DNA of 64,000 nt from Okamejei kenojei (lineage: Eukaryota): contig CM069137.1 of assembly GCA_035221665.1 (NCBI GenBank), positions 81,158,001 to 81,222,000 on the forward strand, in the 5' to 3' direction. The number at the start of each line of letters is the position of its first letter. Within the stretch, counting starts at the first letter, position 1. Under the pieces are notes generated by a model that was given only the letters and a program-made list of their open reading frames with translations, had not been told where the DNA came from and ran no database searches. Of the stretch, positions 38,301 through 51,525 are shown in pieces. The translations under genes and the position numbers were made by a program.

Positions 38301-39225
38301 CTAAGAGCCATCTTAGAACAACAGGTAAATAAATTGAAAGCTGAGCTTGCAGAATCAACATCAGAACACACACTGGCTTATGGAACAGGAGGTTTTGGTT
38401 TTGAAATATATTTTTTTTATTTTGTAGTTTTCTTAACATTATACGTTTGGCAGTCTGATATAATGTTTAGTTTATTTTAGATTGGTGATACAGCATGAAA
38501 ACAAGCTCATCAGCTCACCTTCCACACCAAACATCGATCACCTGTTCACACAAGTTTTATATTAATCCAATTTTCATCCAATCCCTGCTTGCTAGGGGCA
38601 ATTTACAGGCTAATTAACCTACAAACCCTCACATCTTTTTGGATGTGGGAAGAAACCAGAATGCCTGGAGGAAATCCACATGGTCACACGGTGAGAACAT
38701 GCAAACTCCACACAGATAGCACCGGATGTCCGGATCGAACCCTGATCTCTGGTGCTGTAAGGCAGTAGCTCCATCAGCTGCGTCACTGTTGTTAGCAAGA
38801 TGGCTTCCATGATATCCTGGCTAATGGCTGCATCTTGATTCATACATTAGTGGTTACCACAAACAGCAACTGAGCAAAGAGGAAAGGGATAGAACTAGTG
38901 TACGTGTGATCATTAGTCGGAGCAGACACGTTGAGCTGACAGGCCTGATTCCATGTGGTATCTCTAAGCAAATCCAACATGAGGCATACATCTAGATTAT
39001 TGTCACACTCATTTTAGGTACCTAGAAACCATCTTAACACTTGTACACACTGGGCATTCTTATAACACAGCCCCTCTAGGTTTCCTAAATTGCTGTGTTC
39101 TCCTGCCCATTCTAGAATGTGTCATCAAAGCGTTGCAAGACTAAAATAGGTGATGGAAATGGACACCTTCCTGGGACAAGAGCCAAGCAAGTTAATGACA
39201 AGAATTCAACAGTGCACTTTTGTAA

Positions 39226-39650
39226 ATGGCCTGTCCCACTAGGCAATTTTTAGGCAACTGCCGGCGACTGTTATAGTGGTATCAGGTCGCCGAAAAAACT
39301 GGCGACTGGACTAATGAGCCTGTCCCACTTAGATTATTTTTTAGGCGACTACGACAATGGAATTCATCGAAGTCAGCACCGGCGACAACCTACGTCACCT
39401 GGCGACAACCTACACCATCCTGGCGACAACCTATGAAAACCTACGACAGCACCTACGTCAAGAGAAGACAAGCTACGCCAAGCCCACGGTCATCGACTGT
39501 CGCCAAAAAGTTTTGAACAGAAAAACGCTATGACTCTTTGGGCGACTAAGGAGACTATTCACGACCATACAGGCGACACCCCGGCGACCGTGTGGCGACA
39601 GCCTTGTCGCCAGCAGTCGCCTAAAAACACGCCTAAGTGGGACAGGCCCT
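39226..39650. mobile_element. PIF/Harbinger-type MITE with a duplicated left end
   Basis: TAA TSD; left TIR at 39226, second left TIR at ~39316, right TIR ending 39650; opposite orientation to the 20817 copy. Confidence 0.8.
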
Positions 39651-39759
39651 TAAGGATGTGAATCTGTAACTTTATACAGCATGAGCAACTTTAGAGATAC
39701 AGCGTAGAAACAGGCCCTTAGACCCGCCAAGTCCGTGCCGATCAGAAATCACCCGTACA

Positions 39760-41065
39760 TGGCAGGCAGTGACTAGTGGGGTACCGCAAGGTTCGGTGCT
39801 GGGACCACAGCTATTTACAATATACTTCAATTATTTAGATGAAGGGATTCAAAGTAACATTAACGAATTTGCAGATGACACAAAGCTGGGTGGCAGTGTG
39901 AACTGTGAGGAGGATGCTATGAGGATGCAGGGTGACTTGAACAGGTTGGGTGAGTGGGCAGATGCATGGCAGATGCAAGTTAATGTCGATAATGTGAGGT
40001 TATCCACATTGGTGGCAAAAACAGGAAGGCCGATTATTATCTGAATGGTGTCAAGTTGGGAAAAGGGGAAGTACAAAGTACAAAGAGATCTGGGGGTCCT
40101 TGTTCATCAATCACTGAAAGTAAGCATGTTGTGAAGAAAGCTAATGTCATGTTGGCCTTCATAACAAGAGGAGTTGAGTATACGAGCAATAAAGAAGGTG
40201 CGGGATCAGTTCATTCCAAAGAGGAAGAAAGATTCCAAGAGGAGTAAGGGGTGACCGTGGCTGACAAGGGAAGTCAGGGACAGTATAAAAATAAAGGGGA
40301 AGAAATATAACAGAGCAAGAGGGAAGCCAGAGGATTGGGTAACTTTTAAAGAGCAACAGAAAATAATTAAGAAGGCAATATGGGGAAAAAAGATGAGGTG
40401 CGGAGGTAAGCTAGCCAAAAATATATAGGAGGATAGTAAAGTTTCTTTAGGCATGTGAAGAGGAAAAAATTAGTTAAGACCAAAGTTGGAACCTTGAAGA
40501 CTGAAAAAGGTGAATTTATTATGGGGAACAAGGAAATGGCAGACGCGTTGAACAGGTACTTTGGATCTGTCTTCACTAAGGAAGACACAAACAATCGAAC
40601 ATTGAATTTTCTCAATTCTGTTAACCCTTGCTGTCTCCTCCCCTTCCCACCTCTCCCTCAGCCCTCGGGCCCTGGCATTCCCTCTATCTCTATCTCCCTC
40701 CCCCACCCCAGTCGCACCAGCTTCTCATTTTCACACCACAAACAGCTTACAATGGCTTGTTCCCTTTATCATCGATACTTTTTTGCATATCTTTCATACA
40801 TTGTTCTTTATCTCTCCACATCACCGTCTATATCTCTCGTTTCCCTGATCCCTGACCAGTCTGAAGAAGGGTCTCGACCCGAAACGTCGCCTATCTCCTT
40901 CGCTCCTTAGATGCTGCTGCACCCGCTGAGTTTCTCCAGCTTTTTGTGTATCCCTGATGTACTAGTGGCCTGATGACCTAGGGTGACGGAGGAACTGAAT
41001 GAAATTCACATTAGGCAGGAAATGGTGTTGGGTAGACTGATGGGACTGAAGACTGATAAATCGGG
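39760..41065 (+). mobile_element. Rearranged CR1 ORF2 fragments with a nested Penelope terminus (~40595-40952)
   Basis: VTSGVPQGSVLGPQLFTIY..FADDTKLGG at 39769 precedes KRKKLVKTKVGTLKTEKGEFIMGNKEMADALNRYFGSVFTKED at 40455, which normally lies upstream. Confidence 0.8.
40860..40892 (+). ncRNA. Minimal type I hammerhead ribozyme motif in a Penelope terminal repeat
   Basis: CTGAAGA-A-GGGT-CTCG-ACCC-GAAA-CGTC: CUGANGA core, stem II, GAAA and a very short stem III with a GUC cleavage triplet. Confidence 0.65.
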
Positions 41066-41904
41066 TAAAATGCACCACACATCCATTCTGTCTCTTGCTC
41101 GCCTGACCAACTGGGCCAACATGATGTTCAGTGAGAAAGTTGTGAGTGATTATATATGTTACAATAATAGGTTTTTATCATGAACCGATAAATCACACTA
41201 AACTGCAGTCTTGTCCACATAAACTGAATGGAGATAGTCAGATGTTTATATCTCCAGCACCCATTGTAGGACTGATCTTTTGATGGGAAGTGTTTTGGCC
41301 ACTACTTGTGCAGTCAAACAACAGGCTGTTGCAACCAGCAGAGGGTCCAGATTTGTCCTTTCGCTCGCTTAAAAAATCTCTCTTTAATTTGTTATAAGGA
41401 TTTTAAGAATTAATGTGAATCCCACATTAAACAATTAACGTATGATTATTTGATTATGCTAAATACCCCCAAACACTATTTTATAGATCACTATAACAAA
41501 GGTCTCATTACAGTTTATGGAACCTCAATTTCCTGTTGCATGATACACAGCTTTTAATACATGCAAAAATCATTTAAAAACTAACAATAACGTAACTAAT
41601 TTCAAAGATATATTGGTCTTCAAGGACCAACCTTTAGAAGATCATCTGTCATCAATCAGTCTGAAGAAGTGTCTCAACTCGAAACATCACCCATTCCTTT
41701 TGTCCAGAGATGCTGCCTGTCCTGTTGAGTTACTCCAGCTTTTTGTGTCTATCTTCGATTTAAACGAAGATAGATACAGAAATGAGAAGGAAAAAAAAAG
41801 TGGTCCCACACAAATCCAGTCCACCACTAATATCCCATCAGTGGTGGTATGGAAGGTCTATCTATTTACCTTAAGCCTTTCAGTTTAATTCCTTCTGATC
41901 ATTA

Positions 41905-42438
41905 AGCCCCGTCTCACTTAGGCGATTTTTTTCGGCGATTACAGGTGACTAGGCTGTCGCCCACATGGTCGCGGTGTGACGCATGTATGGTCATGAGTAG
42001 TTCCCTCAAATTATAATGTTTTTTCGTTCAAAACCTTTCGCCGACTGTGGGCTTGATGTGGCTTGTCTTTCCTGTCGTAGGTGCTGTCGTAGGTTGTTGC
42101 CAGGTGACGTTGATTGTCGCCGGGTACTGACTTCGGTGAATTCCATTGGCGACTACCTACGTCAACCTATGTCAACCTACGTCAAACGGCGACAGGTACC
42201 GGCGGACTGAATTGTCTTCAGTTGTCGCCGACAGGGTCGCTGCTTGTCGTAGCTTGTCGCGGGTGTGGTTGTAGGTAGTCCTAATGGGTCGCCGTAGCTT
42301 GACATTGACTAGGTGGTAGATTGTCGTAGCTTGTCATAGACATTGTCGTGGGGGGGTCCAGTTGCCGCTTTTTCGACGACCTGCTACGACTTACAGTCGC
42401 GGGCAGTTGCCGAAAAAATCGCCTGTGGGACAGGCTCT
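41905..42438. mobile_element. PIF/Harbinger-type MITE
   Basis: Degenerate TIRs agccccgtctcact / gtgggacaggct flanked by TTA/TAA; body similar to the 20817 copy. Confidence 0.75.
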
Positions 42439-42599
42439 TAAGCCATTATCATCCCCCTGTTTCTTCACAGATCCTTTGTAATATCACTCAATAACTTGAG
42501 TTACCCCAGGTGATCTTCAAACTTGTTACTGTTTACCCAAAACCTTGTTATATTTAGAAGATGAAAAATAGAGTCCTTTTTAATTCCTGATGTTGGATA

Positions 42600-44920
42600 A
42601 CCCAATCATCATCGCAGTCAGTCGAAACGAGTATGACTGTCCTCTCCATAAGGTAGTCTAGTTGTGGGTCTACAGATGTCTGTAGATGCCGATCCACGAT
42701 CCATGCACCTTAGTGCAATGTGGGCAGTGGAGACTGGTGGTGGTTGGTAATCCTGCACGGATTTCCTCCAGGAGTGCCTGTCCATGCAATGTGCTCCCAC
42801 TTGATGTGATGTGGAATTTCGTCAGACTGTTCTTGATGTCCTTGAAGCATTTATTTGGCCCGCGGGGGGGGGGGTGGGGGGGTCGCCAACCTTCCTTCAA
42901 TTAAGAGTACAGGATTTTAGGGAGGTGTGTTAGACATATGGATGACATGGCCAGTCCATCGAGGTTATTGCTGCATTATTGTGGTGGTGATGCTGGTCAT
43001 GTTGGCTTCCTCCAAAACGCTGTTGTTGGTGCGTTTGTCCTCCCAGCTGATCCTCAGAATCTTTCGTAAGGATCTTTGATGGTATTGTTCCAGGGCTCTC
43101 AGGTGCCTGCTGTAGGTGGTCCATGACTCGGCTCCATACAACAGGGTGGAGAGGACAACGGCTCTGTAGACCAGCAGTTTTGTTTGAGCCTTTAGGTCTC
43201 GGTCTTCAAAGACTCTTTTCCTGAGTCTGGCGTAGGCTCTGCTGGCACAACTCAGGTGATGGTTGACCTCAGAGTCGATGTCAGCTTTTGAGGAAAGAAT
43301 GCTGCCAAGGTAGGGGAAGTGGTCAACGTTTTCAAGAGTGGTGTCGTCCACTTTTATAGTGGGCTGGGTAGACAGCTGGTTGGGTGGAGGTTGATGTAGG
43401 ACCTGGGTCTTCTTGATATTTAAGGCTAGGCCCATGGCTCTGTATGCCTTGGCAAAGGCATTCAGGATGCCCTGGAGGTCTTCTGCAGAGTGTGCTGCAA
43501 TGGGGCAATCGTCCACTCACTGAAGCTCCATGATGGCGGTGTCACTGACTTTGCTCTTGGCCCTCCACCTATTAAGGTTGAAGAGCCCACCGTCAGTTCT
43601 GTAGAGGATTGGGATCCCATGTAGCAGCTCCTCACCGATGAGCTGAAGTATGGCAGCAATGAAGACGACAAACAGGGTGGGTGCGATGATGCATCCCTGT
43701 TTGACCCCCGTTTCTTGATGGCATCTTGAACCGCTGTCATAGTGGGAGGTTCATCCATGTCTTCTCTGATGGGACGCTGGGGATGCGGTGAGTAATATCT
43801 GGTTCAGTTGCGCTGTAATGGTTGAGGAGTTCCTGGAAGTGCTCTTTCCATCGGGCGTTAATGGATTCATTGTCCTTCAGCAGTTCTTATCCATCTTTTG
43901 AGCGCAGGAAGGTTAAGCCACGGTAACTTGCACCGTATTCAGCCTTAGTAGCGCTGAAGAAGCCTCAGGCGTCACCCGAGTCTGGCAGTCTCTGGATTTC
44001 CAGAACCTTTCCTGTCCATCAAGAGTTCTTAAGCTCCCTCACCCGGCTCTGAACATCCACCTTGGCTCTGGAGTGAGCCGCTATTTTGGCCTTGCAGGTT
44101 ACATCATTTTTCCAGGCACGAAAGGCTTTCCTTTTCTTGGAGATGAGCTGCTCTATCTCTGTGTCGTTCTCGTCAAACCAGTCCTGGTGTTTTATGGACT
44201 TGCACCCAAGGATGTTTTTACAGGTATCATGGATGGTGCATTTGAGCCAGCTCCAGGCTCTTCAATGTCATCAGGATGTTCCTGTTGGAGGCTTTCCCCA
44301 AGAGAAGCCTGAAATCGCTGCGGGGTGGCAGTTTCCTCCAGGCTTTCAAGGTTCATCCTTGGCCGGATCTGTTTCATTTGAATCCTCCTCTTCCTCTCGA
44401 GTATGATGGACATCATGGAGCAGATGAGGCGATGATCTGTCCAGCAGTCATCTGCATCGATCATGGCCCTTGTGATGTTCACGTCACGGCGGTCCCTGGC
44501 TCGTACAATGACATAGTCAATGAGATGCCACTGTTTAGAACGTGGGTGTGTCCAAGATGCCTTTAGTTTGTTTTTCTGGCGAAAGAGGATGTTAGTGATG
44601 ATGAGGTCATGCTGAGCACATTTGTTAAGAAGCAGAGCTCCATTGATGTTCCCGATAGCCTTCCTTTCCTATGGTACCCTTTCAGAGATGTTGGTCCTGG
44701 CCGACCCTGGTGTTGAAGTCTCATAGGAGAATAATCTTATCCTCCCTGGGGATTTTAGACAGTGTCTCTTCCAAGCAGGCGTAGAAGGTCTCTTTTACTT
44801 CCTCTTCAGACTCTAAAGTAGGGGCATAGGCACTCACAACTGTTGCCATCTGGTTGTTGGCAAACACTAGACGGACGGTCATGAGACGCTCACTGATCTG
44901 GTAATCCAATAGATTGGGTT
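42600..44920 (-). mobile_element. RTE-clade LINE (endonuclease plus RT), degraded
   Basis: ISERLMTVRL..ATVVSAYAPTL..KETFY (APE); DCWTDHRLI; DDCPIAAHSAEDLQ..GLALNIKKTQVL..VDHFPYLGS..LVYRAVVLSTLLYGAESWT. Confidence 0.92.
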
Positions 44921-45094
44921 CATAGCGTGAACCATGGAGCCATTGCACTCGCATACTTCACCATGGTGTTTTTTTTAATTTCCATGCTCCCAATACTTCC
45001 ACACAGTGAATGCTCCCACACACACCAACACAGTGAACACTCCCACACACACCCACACATGAGTGATCCCACACCAGAGTCAACTGCCTGCCCC

Positions 45095-45352
45095 TCTTCT
45101 GGGCCTATGTCCGTGCTCGCGTGACCCTGGAGAGGGAACACACGGTGCCCACGAGGACTCTAGAGGCCTTCCGTGAATGCTGGTCGCCGCAGGGGTGGGG
45201 GGGGGGGGGGGGTCGAGTGTATTGTAGATAAAGATGGCACAATTGTATTATAATGATTGCCCGATGTAATGTGACTATTGAAAGTATACCTTCTGGTATA
45301 CTGTAAAATGGAAAAACTGAATAAATTCCTTGTTAATGAGAAGGAAAAAAAA
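45095..45352 (+). mobile_element. Tx1-like LINE extreme 3' end
   Basis: Similar to 28700-28960 (YVRARV.LEREH...F...W.PQG.VEC), with AATAAA and an A tail. Confidence 0.7.
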
Positions 45353-45365
45353 GTGGTCCCACACA

Positions 45366-45561
45366 NNNNNNNNNNNNNNNNNNNNNNNNNNNNNNNNNNN
45401 NNNNNNNNNNNNNNNNNNNNNNNNNNNNNNNNNNNNNNNNNNNNNNNNNNNNNNNNNNNNNNNNNNNNNNNNNNNNNNNNNNNNNNNNNNNNNNNNNNNN
45501 NNNNNNNNNNNNNNNNNNNNNNNNNNNNNNNNNNNNNNNNNNNNNNNNNNNNNNNNNNNNN
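45366..45561. other. Assembly gap (196 N)
   Basis: Run of N. Confidence 1.
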
Positions 45562-45779
45562 GACCACTCCACACACTCCCACATACACCCACATATACCT
45601 GGTGGTGATAGTTGACAGCCCAGCCTGGTAGCGGTGCGGGACATGGATGGTGTCGGCAGCCTGGCTTGGAGTTGGCCCGGGGGAGTAGGGTCAACACACA
45701 AGCCTGGCGGTGAAGGTCATTAGATCCATCCACTACAACTGAAATCCGTTATAAAGAGGTCCGTAAGAACAAGAGTGTA

Positions 45780-46290
45780 GCAAGTTTTTTGGCGACTACA
45801 GGCGACTAGGCTGTCACCACATGGTCGCGGGGTGACACCTGTTTGGTCAGGAGTTGCCTCCTCATGTCGCCTAAAGAGTCATAACCTTTTTCTTGTCACC
45901 GCTGGATTTTGACATATTCAAAACCTTTTGGTGACTGTGGGCTTGAGGTAGCTTTTCTTCTCCTGTCATAGGTGTGGTTGTGGGTTGTCGCCAGGATGAC
46001 GCAGGTTGTTGCCAAGTGGCGTAGCTTGTTGCCGTGTGATGACTTCGGTGAATTCCATTGGCGACGACCTTCGTCCACTGGTGACAGGTACCGGCGACTG
46101 AATTGTCTTCAGTTGCCTTCAGTTGTCGCCGTCAGGGTCGTAGCTTGTCGTAGCTTGTCACAGGTGGACGCAAGTTGACTTTGGGCTTTCATAGGTTGTC
46201 GCAAGTGTTGCTGTAGGTTGTCGTAGGTGGACGTCCTGATGGGTCGCCGGTTGTCGGTAGCTTGCCACAGCTTGACGTCGACAAGGTGGT
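45780..46290. mobile_element. Truncated Harbinger-type MITE
   Basis: Body matches 20840-21340; TIRs missing. Confidence 0.75.
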
Positions 46291-48786
46291 TGGTTGCCTC
46301 AATGTACTCTAATGTTGACACTTTGTTGTATTGTACTTTTGCCGTCCTGTTGTACTTTGACATCCAAGGAGTTAACTACACCCGTCTATTACAGAATCTT
46401 GCATTTGCCGGAGTTAGTTAGCAGCATGTCTTGCTGTTGCGAGGTAACATGACAGTGTTTCAGCCTAACCTCCAAGCCTCACCTACTTTGGGCATGATTT
46501 CCCACTGAGGCTACCCAGGTACTGTTTTTATTCTGCACCACATACGGTGGAAATGATTACCTTGGAACAAAAGAGCTGTCAGAAATAATGAGCGCTGGCT
46601 GAAGCATCCAATCAATGTCAATCTAATATTGACAAGCCAGGATAAGTGCTAGGATTCTCCACTTACTTCACGATGCGAGTTAAATTCATCTTCTGCAGAG
46701 GAGCTGCAAACTTGGCAGTGGATCATACTGATCACTCTCTGCTCCTCTGAGATGGGCTCTCTGTAAGAGCTGTTCCCCCAGTGAGTTCTGAATCACTAAA
46801 GTACATCCCTTTCTTTTTGGCAACAGATTCACCGCTGGTTTGGTGCCCTGTCAAAGCTGATTTAACTTCCCACCCGCTCCGCAATATAATTTATTGTTTT
46901 ATTCCATCCCACAGGATCAATATGAGACAAAATGCACCTTTGCACTTTCTATGAATACATGATAAGTCTGCATATTAAAACAATCTGACTGTGCCTTATC
47001 CTGATCGTTTATAGTGGAAGATATTCATTCCTCAGCACAGCCTCTCACGCAAAACATCAATTTAAAATATCTATGTTTCTGTTTAGGTTTAAGACAGAGG
47101 GATTTGTGTGTTTGATCTCCACCCTACATCTGACTTTCACCCAGGGCCTGGTCGCTTTCTTGAAGGCTCAGAACACAAAGTGAGTCCCTCAAGCTAGTCA
47201 TCTTATTCAGGCCTTGAACAATATGTACAGTGGAAACACATCAAGAGAGGACTCAACAAATGTCCAGATGTTTATAGGGTTTGTGTTACAATTGTTGCAC
47301 TGGATTTTACATTTTCACTATAATTCATCAGTAAATTACTTTTCTTTATGGTCTTTGATCATTGTTTCATCTCTGCAGTCTATCTGCCCGCCAGCTATTT
47401 GTAGGAAGGAACTGCCGATGCTGGTTTATACTGAGGTTAAACACAAAATGCTGAAGTAACTCCTGTGTTTATCTTTGCTCCAGCTATCTATGCCTTGCAA
47501 TCAAAACACTTCCACAATCTAATTGCTATTTGTTCTAACATGAGGGATAGTGTTTATTTGTCATATGCATTGGATATGAACTGGAGCAATGAAATCTGAC
47601 TTATTGCAGCTTTGCAGGCACATTAGAGCTAACAACATAAACAACAACGATTATACAATACATTAACAGTTATTCTAAGTAAATTATAGTGTAAAAACGA
47701 CATCTGCAGAGCAACCACAGTGATGCAAAGTCTTTCAGTCAGAGGAAGGGTTCCAACCTGAAATGTCATCCATCCTTTTAAGCCAGAAATGCTTCTTGAC
47801 CCACTGACTTGCTACAGCACTTTGTATCTATCGTCAGTATAAACTAGCATCTGCAGTTCCTTCCTACACATGCAAAGTCCATTGTAGCTCGATGCTGAGA
47901 TAATGTTGTGGTTAGCGTTCCTCAAGCTGAATAAGGGTCTCGACCCGAAAAGTCACCCATTCCTTCTCTCCAGAGATGCTGCCTGTCCCGCTGAGTTACT
48001 CCAGCATTTTGTGTCTATCTTTGGTTCAAGAACTTGGCTGATGGGAAGAAACTAGTCTTGAACTGGGAGGTAACGTTTTCAGGCACCTGTGCCTTCCACC
48101 CAATGGTAGCAGTGAGAAGAGAGAGTGGCCAGGATTGCGAGGGTCTTTGATAATATTAGCGGATCCTCTTGAGGCAGCACTTCCTGGAGATCTCTTCGAT
48201 GATGAAAAGGTCGGTAGTCACAACGTGCACAACATTCTGCACCCTACTTAGTTCCTGATCATTCGTATTACTGAACCAGGCTTTAATGCAACTGTAAGAG
48301 CAAATGGAAAGCACATGCGGAGTTGATGTTCAAAGTAACTGGCAATTTATTCAAAACTGGTGCGCACCAGGAGACCCGTCAAGCCTGATCTCCTGAGTGC
48401 TTCTTTGGTACAACCTTTACATCCTCAGCTGACAAGATCACTCAGAAACATGATTAACAATAAAACTAACTCTTGATTACAGAATGGAGGTTACAGACAT
48501 ACAACAAACTAACAAACTAGGTCTTGATTACACAATAAAATGATTATCCACAAGTCTAAGTTAGTTGGCAGTAGATCCAATTTTACTTCGGAGTCACGTG
48601 AGTGACTACGTGAAGAAGCCCCGCGAGGCACATGCACGTCATTATGTCCGACGCATGGCGCACCGACGGGCTGGAGACCGCAGCTCCACCAGCGGTAAGT
48701 AGTAAACCGGCAGGTAAGTGATTTCAAAACTTTCTGCAGGTATTTAAACTACGTGAGACTCAGGAGCCAGCGGGAGTCGTTAGAGA

Positions 48787-50030
48787 ATGGAGAAAGTTGC
48801 GAAAAAGTCTGCCGTCCGTAGCAGGAGTTTAACTCGCGGGCCCGCCGTTAGTGCTCGCAGATTGGATAGGGAAATACCGGTTGCGGTAACGCCGGCTCTG
48901 ACGCTGACTGCAGCTCAACTGTCTCCATTAACTCCAGTGCCTCAGGGTGCTGAGGCCACTCCAGCAGGGAGAAAGGCCAAACGGAAATCTGTCAGGCCCG
49001 TTTTACCTGACGAGTCTGATGAAGAAGACTCCCCTCCTTCCAACCAAGAAGGTCTGGGGATGTCTAGATCAAATGGAAAGAATGCTTCAGACAATGATGA
49101 GCCATGAAGTATTCCAATCGGGGTCGCATGCCCCTAGGATTCCCCAAACAGCCTCAGGCAGAGGCCCATATGGCGAGGAGGACTTCACCGCCGATGAGTA
49201 TCAATCGGAATCACCCTCGCCAGCACCTTGTTTAGGGCTGGTAGAGACCTCCCTAGAGCAAGACTCAGGAGAGCCAGGGCAGGAGGAGTCTGACCCTGAA
49301 GTTGGTGTCACTGCCCTTGGGCACACACCAAGGCACATGAGCCACGCTCCAGGTGTCCCGGATGTGGCTAGAAAATTTGCCATTCCGGAGGGTACTGGTG
49401 AAGCCATAGAGGAAAATCTGGCTTCTAATATTAACTACATGGCCTCTCACCAGCTACAGGATTCCATTATGGAACAGACGACCACGCGTTACCAGACACC
49501 TGGTGCCCAGCGTGAACTCTGCTAACTGGGCACAAATGAGCGCAACGATGCGTGGACAAGAGATTCGTTTCCAGCGAGTCCTCAAATTAGTGGGGGCAGG
49601 GATCACAGCTTTCAGGAAAATGGTCACCGATGTCCGGGACACAGCAGGATACGTTGGCCCTGCTGTGCAATGCATACTTCGAGATCAACTGCATCCGGAA
49701 AATTGCTATCAAGGTAACGTTGAACCCACGCTTTGCAGCTCTGTGTAGGTCCTCAAATATTCAAGCGCCAAATTTTCTATTTGGCGTAGACCTGCTCAAA
49801 CAGGTCAAAGACCTGGAGGAAGATGCCAAAACCATTGGCCTCATGAAAGCGTACATACCTTCGGCCAGGATGCCACCTCGCAGGTCTTTCTCAACAAGAC
49901 GGGCGTCAGATCCTGGTGCAGGCCCAAGCAGAGTGGTACCAGTTGGACGCCGTCCTTATCCACCTGTGTACGCCAACCACAACCCGAGCATGGCAAGGAG
50001 AACGAGAAGTTCTAGGTCGACTATGGAGGT
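48787..50030 (+). pseudogene. DIRS ORF1 (gag-like), frameshifted
   Basis: Low-complexity N-terminus, then PSVNSANWAQM..QDTLALLCNAYFEINCIRK..LNPRFAALC..FLFGVDL; position upstream of RT. Confidence 0.65.
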
Positions 50031-51176
50031 ACGGGTAACTCATTCAGTCCAGGATAAATCCGCTGGGGAACAACCTCCGGTTGGGGGAAGGTTACAGTTA
50101 TTTTATGATGAATGGTGCTGCATAACATCTGATCTGTTTATACTGGACACTGTCTCAGGGTCTCAAATAGAGTTTATGTCAGGTTTACATCCACCTGCAC
50201 AAAATATGCCTAGTCGGGTATTGTTTTTTTCTGGACCAGAAACTCTGCCGGTAAATGAAGAAATTGGGGTTTTGTTCCAAAAAGGGGTAATCGAGAGGAC
50301 GATATACCATCCTCAACAATTTGTGTCCAATATATTCCCCAAACAGAAAAAAGATGGTGGGTGTCAAGTCATTCTGGACCTAACCCAGTTAAATTCCTAT
50401 GTCCAGTGTAGGCATTTTAAAATGGACACCTTCAATACTGCTAAACAGCTGTTATCAAAAGATTGTTATATGGCAACTATAGATCTGAAAGATGCATATT
50501 ATTCAGTACCAATTCATCATCCGTACCATAGATACTTGAAATTTAGTTGGATGGGACAGCTGTGGCAATTTAAAGCATTGCCCAATGGGTTAACCTCAGC
50601 TCCTAGGTTGTTCACAAAATTGTTAAAACCAGTTCTGGTGCTACTTCATGCCCAGAATCACATTGTGATGGCTTATCTAGATGATATATTAATTATAAGC
50701 AACACTCAGGAAACAGTGAGTCAGTTTTAGCAACCAAACACCTGTTTGAGAGGTTATGTTTTCTTGTCCATCCAACAAAATCCAAGCTAGAGCCATCCCA
50801 AAAAATTAACTATTTGGGGTTTGTCATTGATTCAGTTGATATGTCAGTGACTTTGCTGTTGAAATCACGGAGGTCTGTACCAGTCTTGTAGAAAAGCAAC
50901 AACCCTCCATCCCGGCAAGTAGCCAGTGTTATTGGTAAATTGGTGGCGGCTTTCCCTGCAGTGGAGTTTGGACCTCTGCACTATCAAAGTTTGCAACAAG
51001 CTAGAGAACAAGCACTTAAAGAACATGCAGGTCATTTTGACAGACCTATGCAGTTGCCAGCCAAAGCCATCGCCGAATTACAATGGTGGATAATCAATGT
51101 TGCACTAAGTATCAAAAACATTTTGATTCAACAACCGTCAGTGGTATTACAAACAGATGTTAGTGCTTTGGGATAA
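50030..51176 (+). pseudogene. DIRS RT/RNase H, frameshifted
   Basis: PVGGRLQLF..W; FVSNIFPKQKKDGG..ILDL..LN; IDLKDAYY; LPNGLTSAPRLFTKLLKPV; YLDD; ELQWW..LQTDVSALG. Confidence 0.92.
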
Positions 51177-51525
51177 CCAAATGTTATGTGTAGTCAAGCA
51201 CATGAGTCAATATATCGAGGTAACTAAGAGTCTCAGAGGCTCTGACACAGTAATGCTCATCAGCCACAAAAAACCTCATAAAAAGATGTCAGTACAAACT
51301 ATTTTTAGATGGTTAAAACAGGTTTTGGATTGTGCTGGAGTAGACACTAATGTGTTTAAATCTCACTCCACCAGGGCGGCATCAACATCCTTAGCGAAGG
51401 CCAGGATGTGCCTCTAGATCAAATCCTCGGGGCCACAGAATGGTCTAGGGAGGTGACCTTCTCAAAATTCTATGACAAACCTGTCCTGACAGTGCAAGGT
51501 TTTGGGCATGCTGTTTTGGGTTTGA
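51177..51525 (+). pseudogene. DIRS tyrosine recombinase C-terminal remnant
   Basis: LISHKKPHKKMSVQTIFRWLKQVL..FKSHSTRAASTS..ILGATEWS..TFSKFYDKP (HxxR and catalytic Y). Fused to RNase H by a large deletion. Confidence 0.88.

Noticed and set aside
45160-45733. ORFs spanning X runs
   Set aside because: Artefacts of the N gap.
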